DNA from: Eledone cirrhosa
Taxonomy: Eukaryota
Assembly (NCBI GenBank): GCA_964016885.1
Contig: OZ024741.1
Span: 153,822,001-153,886,000, forward strand
Length of the DNA: 64,000 nt
Direction of reading: 5' to 3'
Shown here: positions 12,173-24,662 of the stretch, piece by piece
Position numbering within the stretch: the first letter of the stretch is position 1
How the letters are laid out: each line of letters opens with the position of its first letter
Notes under the pieces: model-generated
What the model was told of the DNA's origin: nothing
Seen by the model: only the letters and a program-made list of their open reading frames with translations
The model's database searches: none
Translations under genes and position numbers: made by a program

Positions 12173-12884
12173 GAGGTTGTGTAAGCCCCAAGTAATAGTT
12201 GTAAAACCTTCCTCCGGAAAGTTACATTGAATAATGTGATTCTCTAGAAAATAAGACAGGATGGTTATGGCTGAATTAAAAAACAACAATAATAATGTCA
12301 GCAAAAGCAATAACACAAACAAATATCACCTCCACCATCTCTAACAACATAAAAAACAATAATAATAACAACTAGCCATCAGCTGTAAGTAAATTATTGT
12401 TAAAAACTAAATTTTTTCATAAGTATAAACAAATAACTTATTACATACACACACACACTTGTACATACACTCCTGTAAAACATTTAGTTGTATTACACAT
12501 TTAACACAACAAGAATTGCCAGATGTTATCACACTAGGCTTGGAAGTTAAAACAATTATGAATAAATGTATGAGAGGAAAGCAGTGAGGTTTATATGAGT
12601 TAGCCCTGGTCACCATCCTTACTACTAACTAAATTCAAAGTATTTGACCTTTCTATAATGCTTATTGTTAATAAATCTTGATGCTTCAAATAGCCTGCTC
12701 TTATGGAAGAAAGCAACAAAATTAAAATTTTGGATGAAATCTAAGTATTCATTACATCTCAACACTATTATTGCATTTAAAAAATGTTAATATCTGGAAG
12801 TAGATGAAACTAAGAGGCTCTACAAGAATGTGTAAAGTTAGTAGGAATGAATGTTGAAGCATGGATGAATAAAATAAAAGAATA

Positions 12885-13446
12885 ATCAAATGTAGTGTGC
12901 AAGAAAGAATATGTGCTGGTACAAACGTGATGTGTATAGATGATGATCATTGGGTGAAGAAGTGCCACGAGTTACCGGTGGAAGAAAGATGTGGTAGAGG
13001 AAAAATTGGACAGATGTGGTGAGAACTGATCTCAAAACACTGACCCTCACAGAGTATATGATGAAGGAATGCAATAGGTGGAGGGATGCTGTGGAAGAGT
13101 AAGACTGAGGAAGACATGGACAAATTGAGGAAGAGCTGATCTCAAAACACTGATTCTCATAGAGGAGATGACAAAGAAATGTGGCAAGTTGGGGGAAGCT
13201 GCAGAAGAGGAAGAACTGGGCAGAAATGGTGAAGATGGATCTCAAAACACTGAACCTCACACATGAGAAAGGAACACAGAGGTAAGGAAGTTGTGCTGGA
13301 GTGGAAGACAAAGAAAAACCTGAACAACCATAGTGAAAGTTAGTCTCATAACACTGAAGAAATGACAAGTGGAGGGAAGCTGTGGTGGAGACAATCATCT
13401 AACTCATGTAAGTATGGAAAAAGAAACATAAAATGATGATGATGAT
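12885..13446 (+). mobile_element. Old RTE 3' end with a tandemly repeated ~100-bp coding segment
   Basis: CWYKRDV-like segment, then 3-4 repeats of KTW.DVVRTDLKTLTLTE (gatctcaaaacactga at ~13028, ~13138, ~13238), ending in (GAT)n. Confidence 0.65.
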
Positions 13447-14454
13447 TACAGCCATCTCTAAAAATTGAGGACAGCTTGGTAACATGCACCATGTTTTGCT
13501 ATGGTTTTAGATGTCCCTGTAGATGTCAGCAAACACAGACATCATCTTATTCCACTTCCCACTCATCCAGTATAACAGCTAGGATACAACAGCTAGAGTG
13601 AAGTGTAATGGAGACTGTCAACAGTTACAGCAGATATCTTCTTATTAGCTACTATGTCTAAGGTTAATCAACAAGCAGTTATCCAGTTTCATACAAAATT
13701 CACTAGATACACTTGTTGAGGTCTGATACCGACAACTAACCAGAGCCTTTGATACAAGTTTTACAATGCAGAACAAAGCTGCTTTTTGGTAATAAGAGCA
13801 AGGGAGAGCTCTTCTGAAAATTTAAGGGCGTTTAGATTTATTTTTTAATTTTTTAGATGGTGGTGCGTGTCAAATATTCTTGATCCTTTCTCTTCTCTCC
13901 CAAGGCCCCAAGCTGATATTACTGGCTGGAAAACCCTGGCTCTGTCCCTTCTTCTTTTTAGATCCTTATCCAATGTTACTGGCTTAAAAACCTTCTCTTT
14001 CTCTTCCTCTAGGCCCTTAATTTATGTTACCATTTCCCCCTCCCTCCCTCATATAGGCTTTGCATTTAACAGCTGTTTTATAATCAGTAAGTAACTACCT
14101 TGGACAAAAATGAAACTAAATATGAATTCACTTTGTAGAAACAACAATTTGTATTTGTAATCTTGTGAAAATAAGACTGTTACTAGGCTTTCTGGAATGT
14201 GTAAGAGCTATTATTACAGGGGTGGGTGGAGGAAGAAAATATTACTGTATAAGCCAGAGACTTAATGGCTCATTTTTCTCTATGGCCCACTCCCATGTAT
14301 ATTGTATCTTATCATATATATAAACATTTGAAAAGGTACAAGACCTACAGTGAGCACTTTTACAGTCCATCCCGTACCCACCCTAGTATGATAGTAGTTA
14401 TTTATTAAAGACAATTTACATGATATGTGTATTAGTTGTGGTTATTGTCATTTA

Positions 14455-14785
14455 ATGCTGCATAGTTGAATGGTTATGAAGTTCACTTTGCAATCATGAG
14501 GTTTCAGGTTTGATCCCACTATGCGATGTCTTGAGCAAGTTTTTTTTTTCCATAGTGTTGAGTCAATGCAACTTTGTAAAGGAAATTGGGTAAACACAAA
14601 CTGTGTCAAATGGACTGTACCTGTAATTTAAAGGCTAATCTTGTTACACACTGTCATGCTGATTCTGCCCAAGGATTACATTCCGGGTACACATGTCTGT
14701 AGAATACTCTATCAGTTAATTCAATGAACAGGTAGTTCAGTTGATCAGACAAACTGAATACTCCTCATTGAAACTGACAGAGATC
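14455..14785 (+). mobile_element. Old tRNA-derived SINE
   Basis: tggttatgaag...caggtttgatcccac...cttgagcaagt. A related minus-strand copy lies at ~33640-33930. Confidence 0.45.
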
Positions 14786-15222
14786 CTTTTACTTAATTTA
14801 ATGTCTTTAACAGTGACACAGGTATGATAAATTCTCTTTGTCATTTCTCCTATGACTATAATCCCTTCTACTGATGTAAGAAATCATTTGACATCAATAT
14901 CAGACAACAATTTCAAAACCTGTTAAAACATGAATATACCACCTGAATGTTAGACTAATTCATATATGATACAGAATAAGATTCTAAATTATTACAGAAT
15001 TATTTTCAGTTTAGTTAGGGAGAAACGAGCATTGTGCATGACTTTTTTCAGGGCCTCCATGACTGGTGGGAGGGAGAGAGGAAGGTACCTTCAAACCAGA
15101 GACCTGATCCAAATGCTGACCACAGAGTGTACTCTGCTAAAAGCACCCAAGGGCCAGGTAATGGTAGTGGTGCTAAACCAAGCAATAGATTAACGCTTTA
15201 ACATTTACATTATATATACTAT

Positions 15223-15410
15223 TGGTGGTGGATTGGCAGTATCGGTAGAGGGTCGGACGCCATGCTTTCCAGCATAGTTACGTCCCTTTACGATCTGAGT
15301 TCAAATCCCGCCGAGGTTGACTTTGCCGTTCATCCTTACGGGGTCGATAAAATAAAGTACCAGTAATGCACTGGGTAATTGCTGGCCTTGTGCCTAAAGT
15401 AGAAACAATT
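15223..15410 (+). mobile_element. Family-A SINE with 14-bp target-site duplication
   Basis: A box tggcagtatcgg and B box gagttcaaatcc. Flanked by attatatatactat at 15209-15222 and 15408-15421. Confidence 0.85.
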
Positions 15411-15421
15411 ATATATACTAT

Positions 15422-17411
15422 AGAGGGACCAGCAGTACAAGTCAGCGGCAGCGCAGTAAGTAAGGCAATCAGAGATATGAAGATGGGGAAGGCAACCGGT
15501 CCATCGGGTATAGCTGCCAAGATGCTGAAGGCATCTGGGTCTGTAGGTCACACTATAACCACACGTATCGTTAACCAGGTAATACTAGAAGGGGCCATAC
15601 CAAAAGATTGGTGCAGTAGCATCATTGTCAACTGCTACAAAGGTAAAGGCGATGCACTAGATAGAGGAAACTATAGAGGTATAAAGTTGATGGACCAGGT
15701 CATGAAAGTAACAGAAAGAGTTATAGCACAGCTGATTAGGGACCGGGTGAAAATAGACGAGATGCAATTTGGGTTTGTACCAGGAAGAGGCACCACTGAT
15801 GCCCTCTTCCTTGTGAGGCAATTACAGGAAAAGTACCTAGCTAAAAGTAAGCCACTCTACTTGGCATTTGTCGACCTTGAGAAAGCCTTTGACAGAGTTC
15901 CACATGCTGTAATCTGGTGGGCTCTTAGAAAACTAGGAGTAGATGAATGGCTTGTGAAAGCGGTACAAGCCATGTATAGGGGAGCAGTCAGCAAAGTTAG
16001 GATTAGCAATGAGTATAGCGAGGAATTTAGCGTACAGGTTGGGGTCCACCAGGGCTCTGTTCTTAGCCCTCTCCTGTTCATCATAGTCCTGCAGGCAATA
16101 ACGGAGGAGTTTAAGACCGGATGCCCATGGGAACTCCTGTATGCTGATGACCTCGCACTCATAGCTGAATCTATGGTAGAACTAGAGAATAAATTCCAAA
16201 CCTGGAAGCAGGGACTAGAAAGAAAGGGTCTCAAAGTCAACATGACAAAGACTAAGGTCCTTGTAAGTAGATGAGAAAACAGAACCCAGATCCCCTCAGG
16301 AAAATGGCCTTGCTCAGTATGTAGGAAAGGTGTAGGTAGGAACTCCATTCTCTGCCCCAAATGCAAACAATGGGTACACAAGAGATGTAGCGGGATATCA
16401 GGAAGCTTAATTAAGAATGTTGGATTCACATGCAGCAGCTGTGCTGAGACAGCAAACAGCAAACAGCCACAGGAAACAAGTACCACCAATCTCTGGGAGG
16501 GCCCTGTAGAAACAGTTGACAGCTTCTGCTACCTAGGTGACCGAATTAGCAACGGAGGTGGGTGTTCAGAAAGTGCAATAACTAGGGTAAGAACGGGATG
16601 GAAGAAGTTTAGGGAACTACTACCACTGCTAGCTGCAAAAGGCTTCTCCCTCAGAATGAAAGGCAGACTGTATGATGCGTGTATCCGAACAGCGATGTTG
16701 CATGGTAGCGAGACCTGGGCGCTGAAGGTGGAAGACTTACGTAGATTAGAGAGAAACGAAGCCTGCATGCTCCAATGGATGTGTAACAATAATATACGTG
16801 AACGACAAAGCATAAATGAATTGAGAGAGAGACTGAGCATAAGAGGAATCAAATGCTGTGTGCAGGAGAGGTGGTTGCGCTGGTATGGACATGTGATGCG
16901 TATGAAGGATGATAGCTGCATAAAAAGGTGCAGAGCACTAGAAGTTGATGGAAGCCGCGGAGTGGGGAGACCCAAGATGACCTGGGATGAGGTGATAAAA
17001 GCCGACCTTACCCAATTACACCTCTCAAAGACAATGACACACGACCGTGACTTCTGGCGTCACGCAGTAATACAGAGTACCCGACCTCCCATGGGTACAA
17101 GCTGAAGCATATAGACAATATGCCCCCACACCCCCCACCGCAAGGTGGTCGTGGAGGTGCCACGGAAAAAAAGCACCCAGCCCACACTGTAAAGTGGACG
17201 TGTAGGCGCCACGGAAAAAAAGTACCCAGCACTCACTGTAAATGAGGTTGGTGTTAGGAAGGGCATCCAGCTGTAGAAATCAAGCCAAATCAGTTCCTGT
17301 ATGAGCAAGGCATGGTCAGCCGACCAGACACTGCCCACAACAGGACAACCCGTCTAACCCATGCTAGCGTGGAAGAACGGACGTAAAACGGTGATGGTGA
17401 TGATGATGATG
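15422..17411 (+). mobile_element. 5'-truncated RTE-clade LINE (RT + PHD finger) with a single nonsense mutation
   Basis: RT motifs [29 protein letters not shown]. After TGA at 16272-16274 the same frame continues to 17105. The 3' UTR ends in (GAT)n. Confidence 0.95.
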
Positions 17412-17603
17412 ATTGGATTTTCACAGTAAAGGCTTTAACTCACATAATATCTCATATAATATCGAATCTATGAAATTTTGATATTATTTGTTTTGAGAAC
17501 AATACCTTAACATCAGTAAGAGTGGCCAGTTACGGCTGGTTTGAACAAAAAGAGGTGAGAGAATTCTGGCTGGATACAGCTGGTTTAAATGCTAAAGGGT
17601 TAA
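17412..17603 (+). mobile_element. Right part of a piggyBac-type MITE (left part at ~15190-15222)
   Basis: Matches the MITE at 11080-11288 and ends gctaaaGGG-TTAA. Confidence 0.7.
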
Positions 17604-18334
17604 ATCTCCTACACAAAGGCCAGGTGGTGATGTTAAACCAAATGACAGATTAAGTCACCTACCCAAGTAGGTCACATTGGGATTTTAACCCAGAACACAA
17701 AAAGACACAACAAATACCACAAGGTATCTCCTCCCAGGCTCTAACAATTATGATAATCTGCTGCCCTGGACTGGTGCTTTATTTTATTGACTCTAGAAGG
17801 GTGAAAGATGCAATTAACTGCTGCAGAATTTTGACTTAGAACACAAAGAGACAAAATAAATACCACGAGGCATTTTGTTGCACTCTCACAACTCTGTCAA
17901 ATCACTGCCTATATTAATAGTCTAATTATATCAAATTACCCTCATAAAAACTCAAGTGATTTATAGTAAGACAATATATTAATCTGTTAATTTTATTATG
18001 CTGGCATTATTTAGAAATGTTTTCAGATTCCAACATTTTTGATGTAGTTTGATTAGAGTTGGTCAGCCAGCTGTGACCAATGACCAATTGATCACAGTTG
18101 ACTGACCAGAGTTAATCAGTTGGTTAGTTTGACACATATTCACTATAATAGATAAAGGTCAGTTGTATTTACAATTCCACTTAATATGTATATTTAGTCC
18201 TCCATTTTCTGTTGATCATTAATTCTTAACATCCTGTACCACATAAAACCACATTAATAAGAGACTCTTGAAAATTATGAGTGCATCAAATTAAGAATTG
18301 TCATTACTCTAATATGGTACATACACACAAACAT

Positions 18335-21300
18335 ATCATCATCATCATCATCATCAACGTTTAACGTCCGTGTTCCACGCTTGCATGGGTTTGGACGGGG
18401 GTAGTCCCACTTGAGGCAAGAGTGATTGTCTTGCTCGCATAGGACTGTCTGGCAGGTTTTCTACAGTTGGATGCCCTTCCTAACACCAACCACATTTACA
18501 GTGTGGGTCTGGGAGGTTTTTACCGTGTTGCCTACACGGCCACATTACAGCGTGGACTGTGTGTTTTTTTGTCGTGACACCTACACGATCTCATTTGTTT
18601 CGGCCTGGATGGCGCGGCACCAACATAACTTTACATAGAACGGGGTGGTGTGGATGGGGTGGGGGTGGCGGCGGGAGGGATGTATTTTGTTAGATATGCC
18701 TACTGGCAAGGCGGGTCTTCTCTGTTACTGAGTACCGCCAAAGGTCACGGTCCAGTGACATTGTCTTGGAGAGGTGTAAGTGTGTGAGGTCGGAGTTTAT
18801 CAGCTCATCCCATGTTTTTCTAGGTCTGCCTATTCCGTGGCTACCGTCTATCTTTATTGCCCTGCACTTTGTAATACAGCTATCGACTTTCATGCGCATC
18901 ACGTGTCCATACCAACGCAGCCTTCTCTCGAGTAAACAACATCTGATCCCTCTTATCTCTAATTTTTTCCTTAGTTCGTTTATGCTTTGCCGTTCACGTA
19001 TATTACTGTTACACATCCAGCGGAGCATGCAAGCTTCGTTCCTCTCTAGTCTGCGTATATCCTCTGCACACAATGCCCAGGTCTCACTACCATGCAACAT
19101 TGCTGTTCGTATGCAGGCATCGTACAACCTGCCTTTCATTTTTAGGGAGAACCCTTTAGCAGCTAATAGTGGTATAAGCTCTCTGAACTTTTTCCAACCA
19201 GTTCTGACTCTAGCTACAGTACTTTCAGAGCACCCTCCCCCACTGCTGATTTTATCGCCCAGGTAACGGAAGCTGTCCACTATTTCTATAGAACCCTCTG
19301 CGCAATTGAAAGAGCTAGTATTTTGTGGGCACTTGCTGCTACTTATTGCACCAGAACACCGGCCACATGTAAAGTCTATGTTCTTAGTTAGCTTACCTGT
19401 GATCCCACTACATCTTTTATGCACCCATACTTTGCATTTAGGACATAAGATGGAGTTTCTACCTACGCCTTTCCTACATACCGAGCACGACCATTTCCCA
19501 GAAGGGACCGCCGCCTTGTTTTCTTTCCTACAAACTAGAACTTTGGTCTTAGCCAGGTTAATTTTAAGTCCTTTTGACTCTAGGCCGTGCTTCCATGTTT
19601 GGAATTTCTTCTCTAGCTCGGCCATTGATTCCGCTATGAGTGTCAGGTCGTCTGCGTATAGGAGTTCCCATGGGCAGCCTGTCTTGAACTCCTCTGTTAT
19701 AGCCTGAAGGGCAATAATAAATAGTAGGGGGCTGAGAACAGAGCCCTGATGGACGCCAACTTTTACGCTAAACTCTTCACTATATTCGTTGTTAATTCTA
19801 ACCTTGCTGACTGTTTCTTTATACATGGCTTGTATAGCCCTCACAAGCCATTCGTCAACGCCTAGTTTTCTAAGAGCCCACCAGATAATGGAGCGGGGGA
19901 CTCTGTCGAAGGCTTTCTCCAGGTCGACAAAAGCTAAGTAGAGGGGTTTACCTTTAGCTAGGTACTTCTCCTGTAGTTGTCGTACTATGAAAAGAGCGTC
20001 TGTGGTGCTTTTGCCTGACACAAACCCGAACTGCATTTCATCTAGATCAATTCTCTCTCTGATTAGTTGCGCTATTACTTTTTCCGTGACCTTCATGACC
20101 TGGTCGATTAATTTAATGCCTCTATAGTTACTCCTATCTAGGGCGTCTCCTTTACCCTTATAACAGTTAACGATGATGCTGCTATGCCAGTCCTTCGGAA
20201 CAACCCCATTCTGTACGACTTGGTTAACTATGCGGGTGACCATGTTGTGTCCCACCGTGCCAGATGCCTTCAGCATCTCAGCAACTATTTCCGAAGGCCC
20301 AGCCGCCTTACCCGTCTTCATATCCTTGATTGCCTTACTTATTATACTCCCCTCGACTAACACTGCTGGTCCCTCTATCGGGTCGATAAGGGGGAGACTG
20401 TCTTTCTCCCATTTATTCTCCTCATTTAGTAGCCTTTCATAGTGACACTTCCAAGCTACCTTCTTATCAGTGTCGGTGATGGCAAGTATGCCATCATCGT
20501 TAAGTACACACTTCTCCCCGACAATATCACGGTTTTCCTTGACGCATTGCCTGGCAATCCTGAACACCTCACGTTTTTGGTCATCGCGTTGTAGAACATG
20601 CTTGAACTTTCTTTCCTCAGCTTCCCTTCTTGCTAAGTACACTTCTCTCCTAGCTTCCCTCCTGGCCACTTGATAGTCTACTCTACTTCCCCCATCCCGC
20701 CATACTTTCCAAGCCTGCTTTTTGGCCTTAATTGACCCCTCCACCCTATTGTTCCACCACCATGTTACTCTCCTCCTGCCTACAGGCCTGCTCCAGCCAC
20801 AGACTTCGTCTGTCGCCAACAGCAGGTTTGCTTTCAGAAATTTCCACTGTCCCTCTATATTGTCCGATTCTAGATGCTCTTCCTTACTGTCGAAAGCATC
20901 AAGTAATATGCTTTGAAATTTATTTCTGGCTGTGGGGTCCTTTAGTTTCCATATTTTCCTCCTGAGGATAGTCCTCTTCTGCTGTCGGGTGCGTCTCGTC
21001 CTGACTATGAGGTCGCTAATTATCAGTCTATGTTGGGAGGTGCATTCTTCATGGGGGAGGGATTTAGTGTTTACAACAGACACTCTGTCACGTCTTCTGG
21101 TAAGGATATAATCTACCTGGCTTGTGTGTTCCCCGGATCTATAGGTAATCAGGTGATTGTCACGTTTTTTGAAGTTAGTGTTACAGATAGTTAGGTTATT
21201 TGCATCACAGTATTCCAGAATTCTGGAGCCTTCCTCATTTCTAGTACCAAACCCATAGCCTCCATGGATTTCGTCATAGCCGTCACAATGTTGTCCAACG

Positions 21301-21680
21301 TGACCATTTAGGTCGCCTGCAATAATTATATAGTCACTGTCAGATATTTGGGAGGTAGTTAGCAACAGTGTCTCATAGAATCTGTCTTTTATAGTGCCGG
21401 GCAGTCCGGATTGGGGTGCGTACGCAGATATTACTGTCACCGTAGTTCTATTGAGGACAAGTCTTATTTTAATTATTCTGTCGTTCACTCTATTTACGTC
21501 TATTATCTTATCTGCCCACTTTTCTGCTACCATGATTCCTACTCCACCCAGCCCATCGTCGTTTCCCACCCAGAAAAGCTTATAACATCGTTTTTTACCC
21601 TCAATGAATCTAGCAGACCCACCCCTCCACCTGGTCTCTTGAATACAACAAACATCGACCTCCTTACGTTCAAGCATTTC
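18335..21680 (-). mobile_element. Near-full-length RTE-clade LINE
   Basis: (GAT)n tail at 18335, 3' UTR shared with other copies, one uninterrupted ORF. The 5' end is truncated at a (TA)n tract. Confidence 0.97.
18690..21680 (-). CDS. RTE ORF: AP endonuclease + reverse transcriptase + PHD finger (N-terminus slightly truncated)
   Basis: APE motifs CIQETR, SAYAPQ, GDLNGH, VDYIL, SQHRL; [25 protein letters not shown]; a C4HC3 motif. The YI-repeat N-terminus in the ORF track is microsatellite read-through. Confidence 0.93.
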   Translation of the reverse strand, partial: EMLERKEVDVCCIQETRWRGGSARFIEGKKRCYKLFWVGNDDGLGGVGIMVAEKWADKIIDVNRVNDRIIKIRLVLNRTTVTVISAYAPQSGLPGTIKDRFYETLLLTTSQISDSDYIIIAGDLNGHVGQHCDGYDEIHGGYGFGTRNEEGSRILEYCDANNLTICNTNFKKRDNHLITYRSGEHTSQVDYILTRRRDRVSVVNTKSLPHEECTSQHRLIISDLIVRTRRTRQQKRTILRRKIWKLKDPTARNKFQSILLDAFDSKEEHLESDNIEGQWKFLKANLLLATDEVCGWSRPVGRRRVTWWWNNRVEGSIKAKKQAWKVWRDGGSRVDYQVARREARREVYLARREAEERKFKHVLQRDDQKREVFRIARQCVKENRDIVGEKCVLNDDGILAITDTDKKVAWKCHYERLLNEENKWEKDSLPLIDPIEGPAVLVEGSIISKAIKDMKTGKAAGPSEIVAEMLKASGTVGHNMVTRIVNQVVQNGVVPKDWHSSIIVNCYKGKGDALDRSNYRGIKLIDQVMKVTEKVIAQLIRERIDLDEMQFGFVSGKSTTDALFIVRQLQEKYLAKGKPLYLAFVDLEKAFDRVPRSIIWWALRKLGVDEWLVRAIQAMYKETVSKVRINNEYSEEFSVKVGVHQGSVLSPLLFIIALQAITEEFKTGCPWELLYADDLTLIAESMAELEKKFQTWKHGLESKGLKINLAKTKVLVCRKENKAAVPSGKWSCSVCRKGVGRNSILCPKCKVWVHKRCSGITGKLTKNIDFTCGRCSGAISSSKCPQNTSSFNCAEGSIEIVDSFRYLGDKISSGGGCSESTVARVRTGWKKFRELIPLLAAKGFSLKMKGRLYDACIRTAMLHGSETWALCAEDIRRLERNEACMLRWMCNSNIRERQSINELRKKLEIRGIRCCLLERRLRWYGHVMRMKVDSCITKCRAIKIDGSHGIGRPRKTWDELINSDLTHLHLSKTMSLDRDLWRYSVTEKTRLASRHI

Positions 21681-21724
21681 TATATATATATATATATATA
21701 TGTGTATATATATATATATGTATG

Positions 21725-21805
<81 letters not shown>
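21681..21805. repeat. (TA)n microsatellite
   Basis: Read directly from the sequence. Confidence 0.95.
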
Positions 21806-21809
<4 letters not shown>

Positions 21810-22451
21810 CTGTATATGAAAACATATAAACATACTATATGTTTATATACAATAGACATATGGGTAGCCTCACTAACAAAGAAAAAAATCTATATAGACT
21901 AGAGTCTATATAGAATTTTGCATGTAGAAGAGGATAACTGAGGAAAACCTAGGTGGAGGTGGTAAGAATTAATCTCCAAACTCTGAAACTAACAGAAAAA
22001 ATGATGAGGGTATGTGACAAGTTGGGGAAAAACTGTACTGGAGAAATCTCATTTAGAGATTTATTTATTTATTACAGGAAATTACTATATATATAAATTA
22101 ATTATACAAATTTATGTAAAACTGTGCTCCTTTAAGGTTCAGTAATGCATGAATCTAAGGTGCCTTAGGCAGCAATCAAATTGGCTTTAATGGTATCGCC
22201 AGCTCTGCCCTTAGTAGATGTGACAGTCTTTAAATAACTTACCTTACTGGTAATGCTGGCTGTTGTTGCATAATAGCACTCATTATAATTACATCTGACA
22301 GTCTTCTTCTCATACCTTAACTCTCTGCTGCAGTAGACAGTTCTTCATTGAACACCAATCCAAAATAGATTCCACTAATAATATGACATATATAATGAGA
22401 TATGAAATGGATTTCTTCAGAGATCACAGTAATGGTGTGTCTGTATGTAAA

Positions 22452-22501
22452 TACACACACACACACACACATACACACACACATATACATATATATATAT
22501 A

Positions 22502-22559
<58 letters not shown>

Positions 22560-22708
22560 TGTATGTATGTATGTATGTATATCATCATCATCATCATCAT
22601 CGTCATCGTTTAACGTCCATTTTCCACACTAGCATGGGTTATATACATATATATATGTAAGATAAAATGAAAATGATCACATCTAGAACTTATTATCTCT
22701 TACCCTCT

Positions 22709-22765
<57 letters not shown>

Positions 22766-22766
22766 T
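22452..22766. repeat. Compound microsatellite (CA/TA/TATG/CAT) enclosing a ~60-bp RTE 3' tip
   Basis: atcatc...gtttaacgtccattttccacactagcatgggtt (22581-22640) equals the extreme 3' end of the RTEs on the minus strand. Confidence 0.8.
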
Positions 22767-23679
22767 TTGTAAGAGTGTGTATTGATTTGGAAAAGATAAA
22801 ATGAAAATGGCCATATCTAAAATACATTCAAGACACAATCTATAGACTGTCGACATATAATGATGATTTCATACAAATGAAACAGTTCTAGTCCTGTAAA
22901 ATCATTTCTATATAAAATAAATATGCTTATTCTCTTCTAACTTTGAGTACCTTATTAAACTGTGGATATTTCCTGATCCTCTTTGGGATACCATCAGACA
23001 GACAAATCAGGAGAAGAAAAGTGCATCCTATCAGCAACAAGTTGCCACTAGAAAGGACAACAAAAGCCCTGATCTGTCTGTCTATCAGCCTGTTCTGTTT
23101 GTTTTATTGCGCAGACATCAAACCAACAAAAATATTTATTTTTGCTGCATGAACTGGCAATTTTATGTGGTACTCACAATTAAAATTGTGCGAAATCCCG
23201 GCTGGTATGAGAGCTGATGAGGTAAAAAGATTTGTGTGATCATATCTCGTTCATTATCCTTGTTATTTCTTTCTTCCTATCATGTCTGCAGGCACTTATA
23301 CTTATGCATACTTAGGCACTATTGTAATAGCAGATGGACTACTCTATAACTGACAAACATTACAGACATCAACCACAGACAGAAATACCACAGATGACAT
23401 GAACATAGGTATAAACAATCCATGTAGCAACAATATAGAACCTCTCAACAAGCAGTGTGGGTGGGATAGAGTATAATAACAGTAATAGACCCTGTGATCA
23501 ACACACTACAATTATACGTGTACCTTTTAACATTGATCAGTATTACAGCACATAATTTCAAAGTAAATCATGCAACCAATAAAAACATACATATATATAT
23601 AACATTTGTACATTATTCTATGTACTATACATGCACCTTTGATGAGTTGTAGTGCACCTGAGCACTGTACACAATAATT

Positions 23680-23712
<33 letters not shown>

Positions 23713-24000
23713 GAGGTGTCTTGATCATTTGTAAATCGCATACTCATGTGATTGGGGAAAATTTTATTCTCCATGGCATTATCAAATCACCACAACAAGC
23801 AAATACAGCCTCTACTGATTTCCTTGACCATGGCGAGACTTCACAGCAACAATTTTCTCACCTCACTGAGACACACATTTCACTCACTTGCCATGGACTC
23901 GACCAACAAAACACTCATTCAACTGCTTCAACAACTTCATCTCATAACTCATACTACCATCCAACAAATGAACTAAACAGATAAACAAACAATAATATTT

Positions 24001-24582
24001 ATGCAGAACAACTGCTGTCGCGTATGGGACAAATACAGTTGACTGCCGAATCCATAGTAAGGATCAAACCGCCAGACTCTTTCAAAAACGAAAGAGAGGC
24101 GGTTTTCCTCTGTACGGTGGCTATGGTGAAAGAAGTTATATGGTGGACGAGGTTGAGAGGACTGAGGACAGATGCCTTTCTCTCCGGACAACAATTGATT
24201 CCATTCTTTAAGTATCACTTTAGAAGGAGAATCAGGGTGGAGAGAGAGGCACTGCACCCCAGTAAATTTACTGAAAGGTGGGTGAATGAAGCGAAAATGG
24301 CCCGAGTGATTGGGCCTTCTCTGTTTATAAGCCTGTAGGTTGAGGAAGAGAGCAAAAGGAGGAAAGGAGCACTTGCACAACACGCTCCTTGAGTTGAGGG
24401 TTGTTCTATCGACGGGGTATTAAACAACCCATTTGTGGCGCCTCCCCCCTATTGGGGATTTCGATTGTTGAAATTGTTTGTTTTTATATTTTTTACACGA
24501 CTGCATGTAAAATCCCCGGCATGTCTTTGTATTGTCCCCTTTCTTGTTGCGCCCTTGTGGCTAATAAAGAAATCAATAATAT
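24001..24582 (+). mobile_element. 3' fragment of a Tx1/L1-like LINE
   Basis: ORF 24024-24338 has the ORF2 C-terminal pattern KEVIWWTR...F.ERW. It is followed by a 3' UTR ending ctaataaagaaatcaataat. Confidence 0.6.
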
Positions 24583-24662
24583 TTACCTCACTAAATAAAT
24601 AAATAAATAAATAAATATATATATATATATATATATGTGAGTATGTGGTTGATGGCTGAGAG

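Noticed and set aside
15233-15312. tRNA genes at A/B-box motifs
   Set aside because: The boxes are heads of multi-copy SINEs; no cloverleaf is evident.
15223-17411. SINE-LINE template-switch chimera flanked by attgg
   Set aside because: The SINE has its own 14-bp duplication (attatatatactat), indicating a separate insertion.
15857-21585. ORFs antisense to the RTE coding regions
   Set aside because: Shadow frames of the RT ORFs with no recognisable motifs.
21681-21833. N-terminal extension of the 1047-aa ORF
   Set aside because: It is the translation of a (TA)n microsatellite.
23190-23225. GAAA...CTGATGA as a type II hammerhead
   Set aside because: No convincing stems I-III can be formed.
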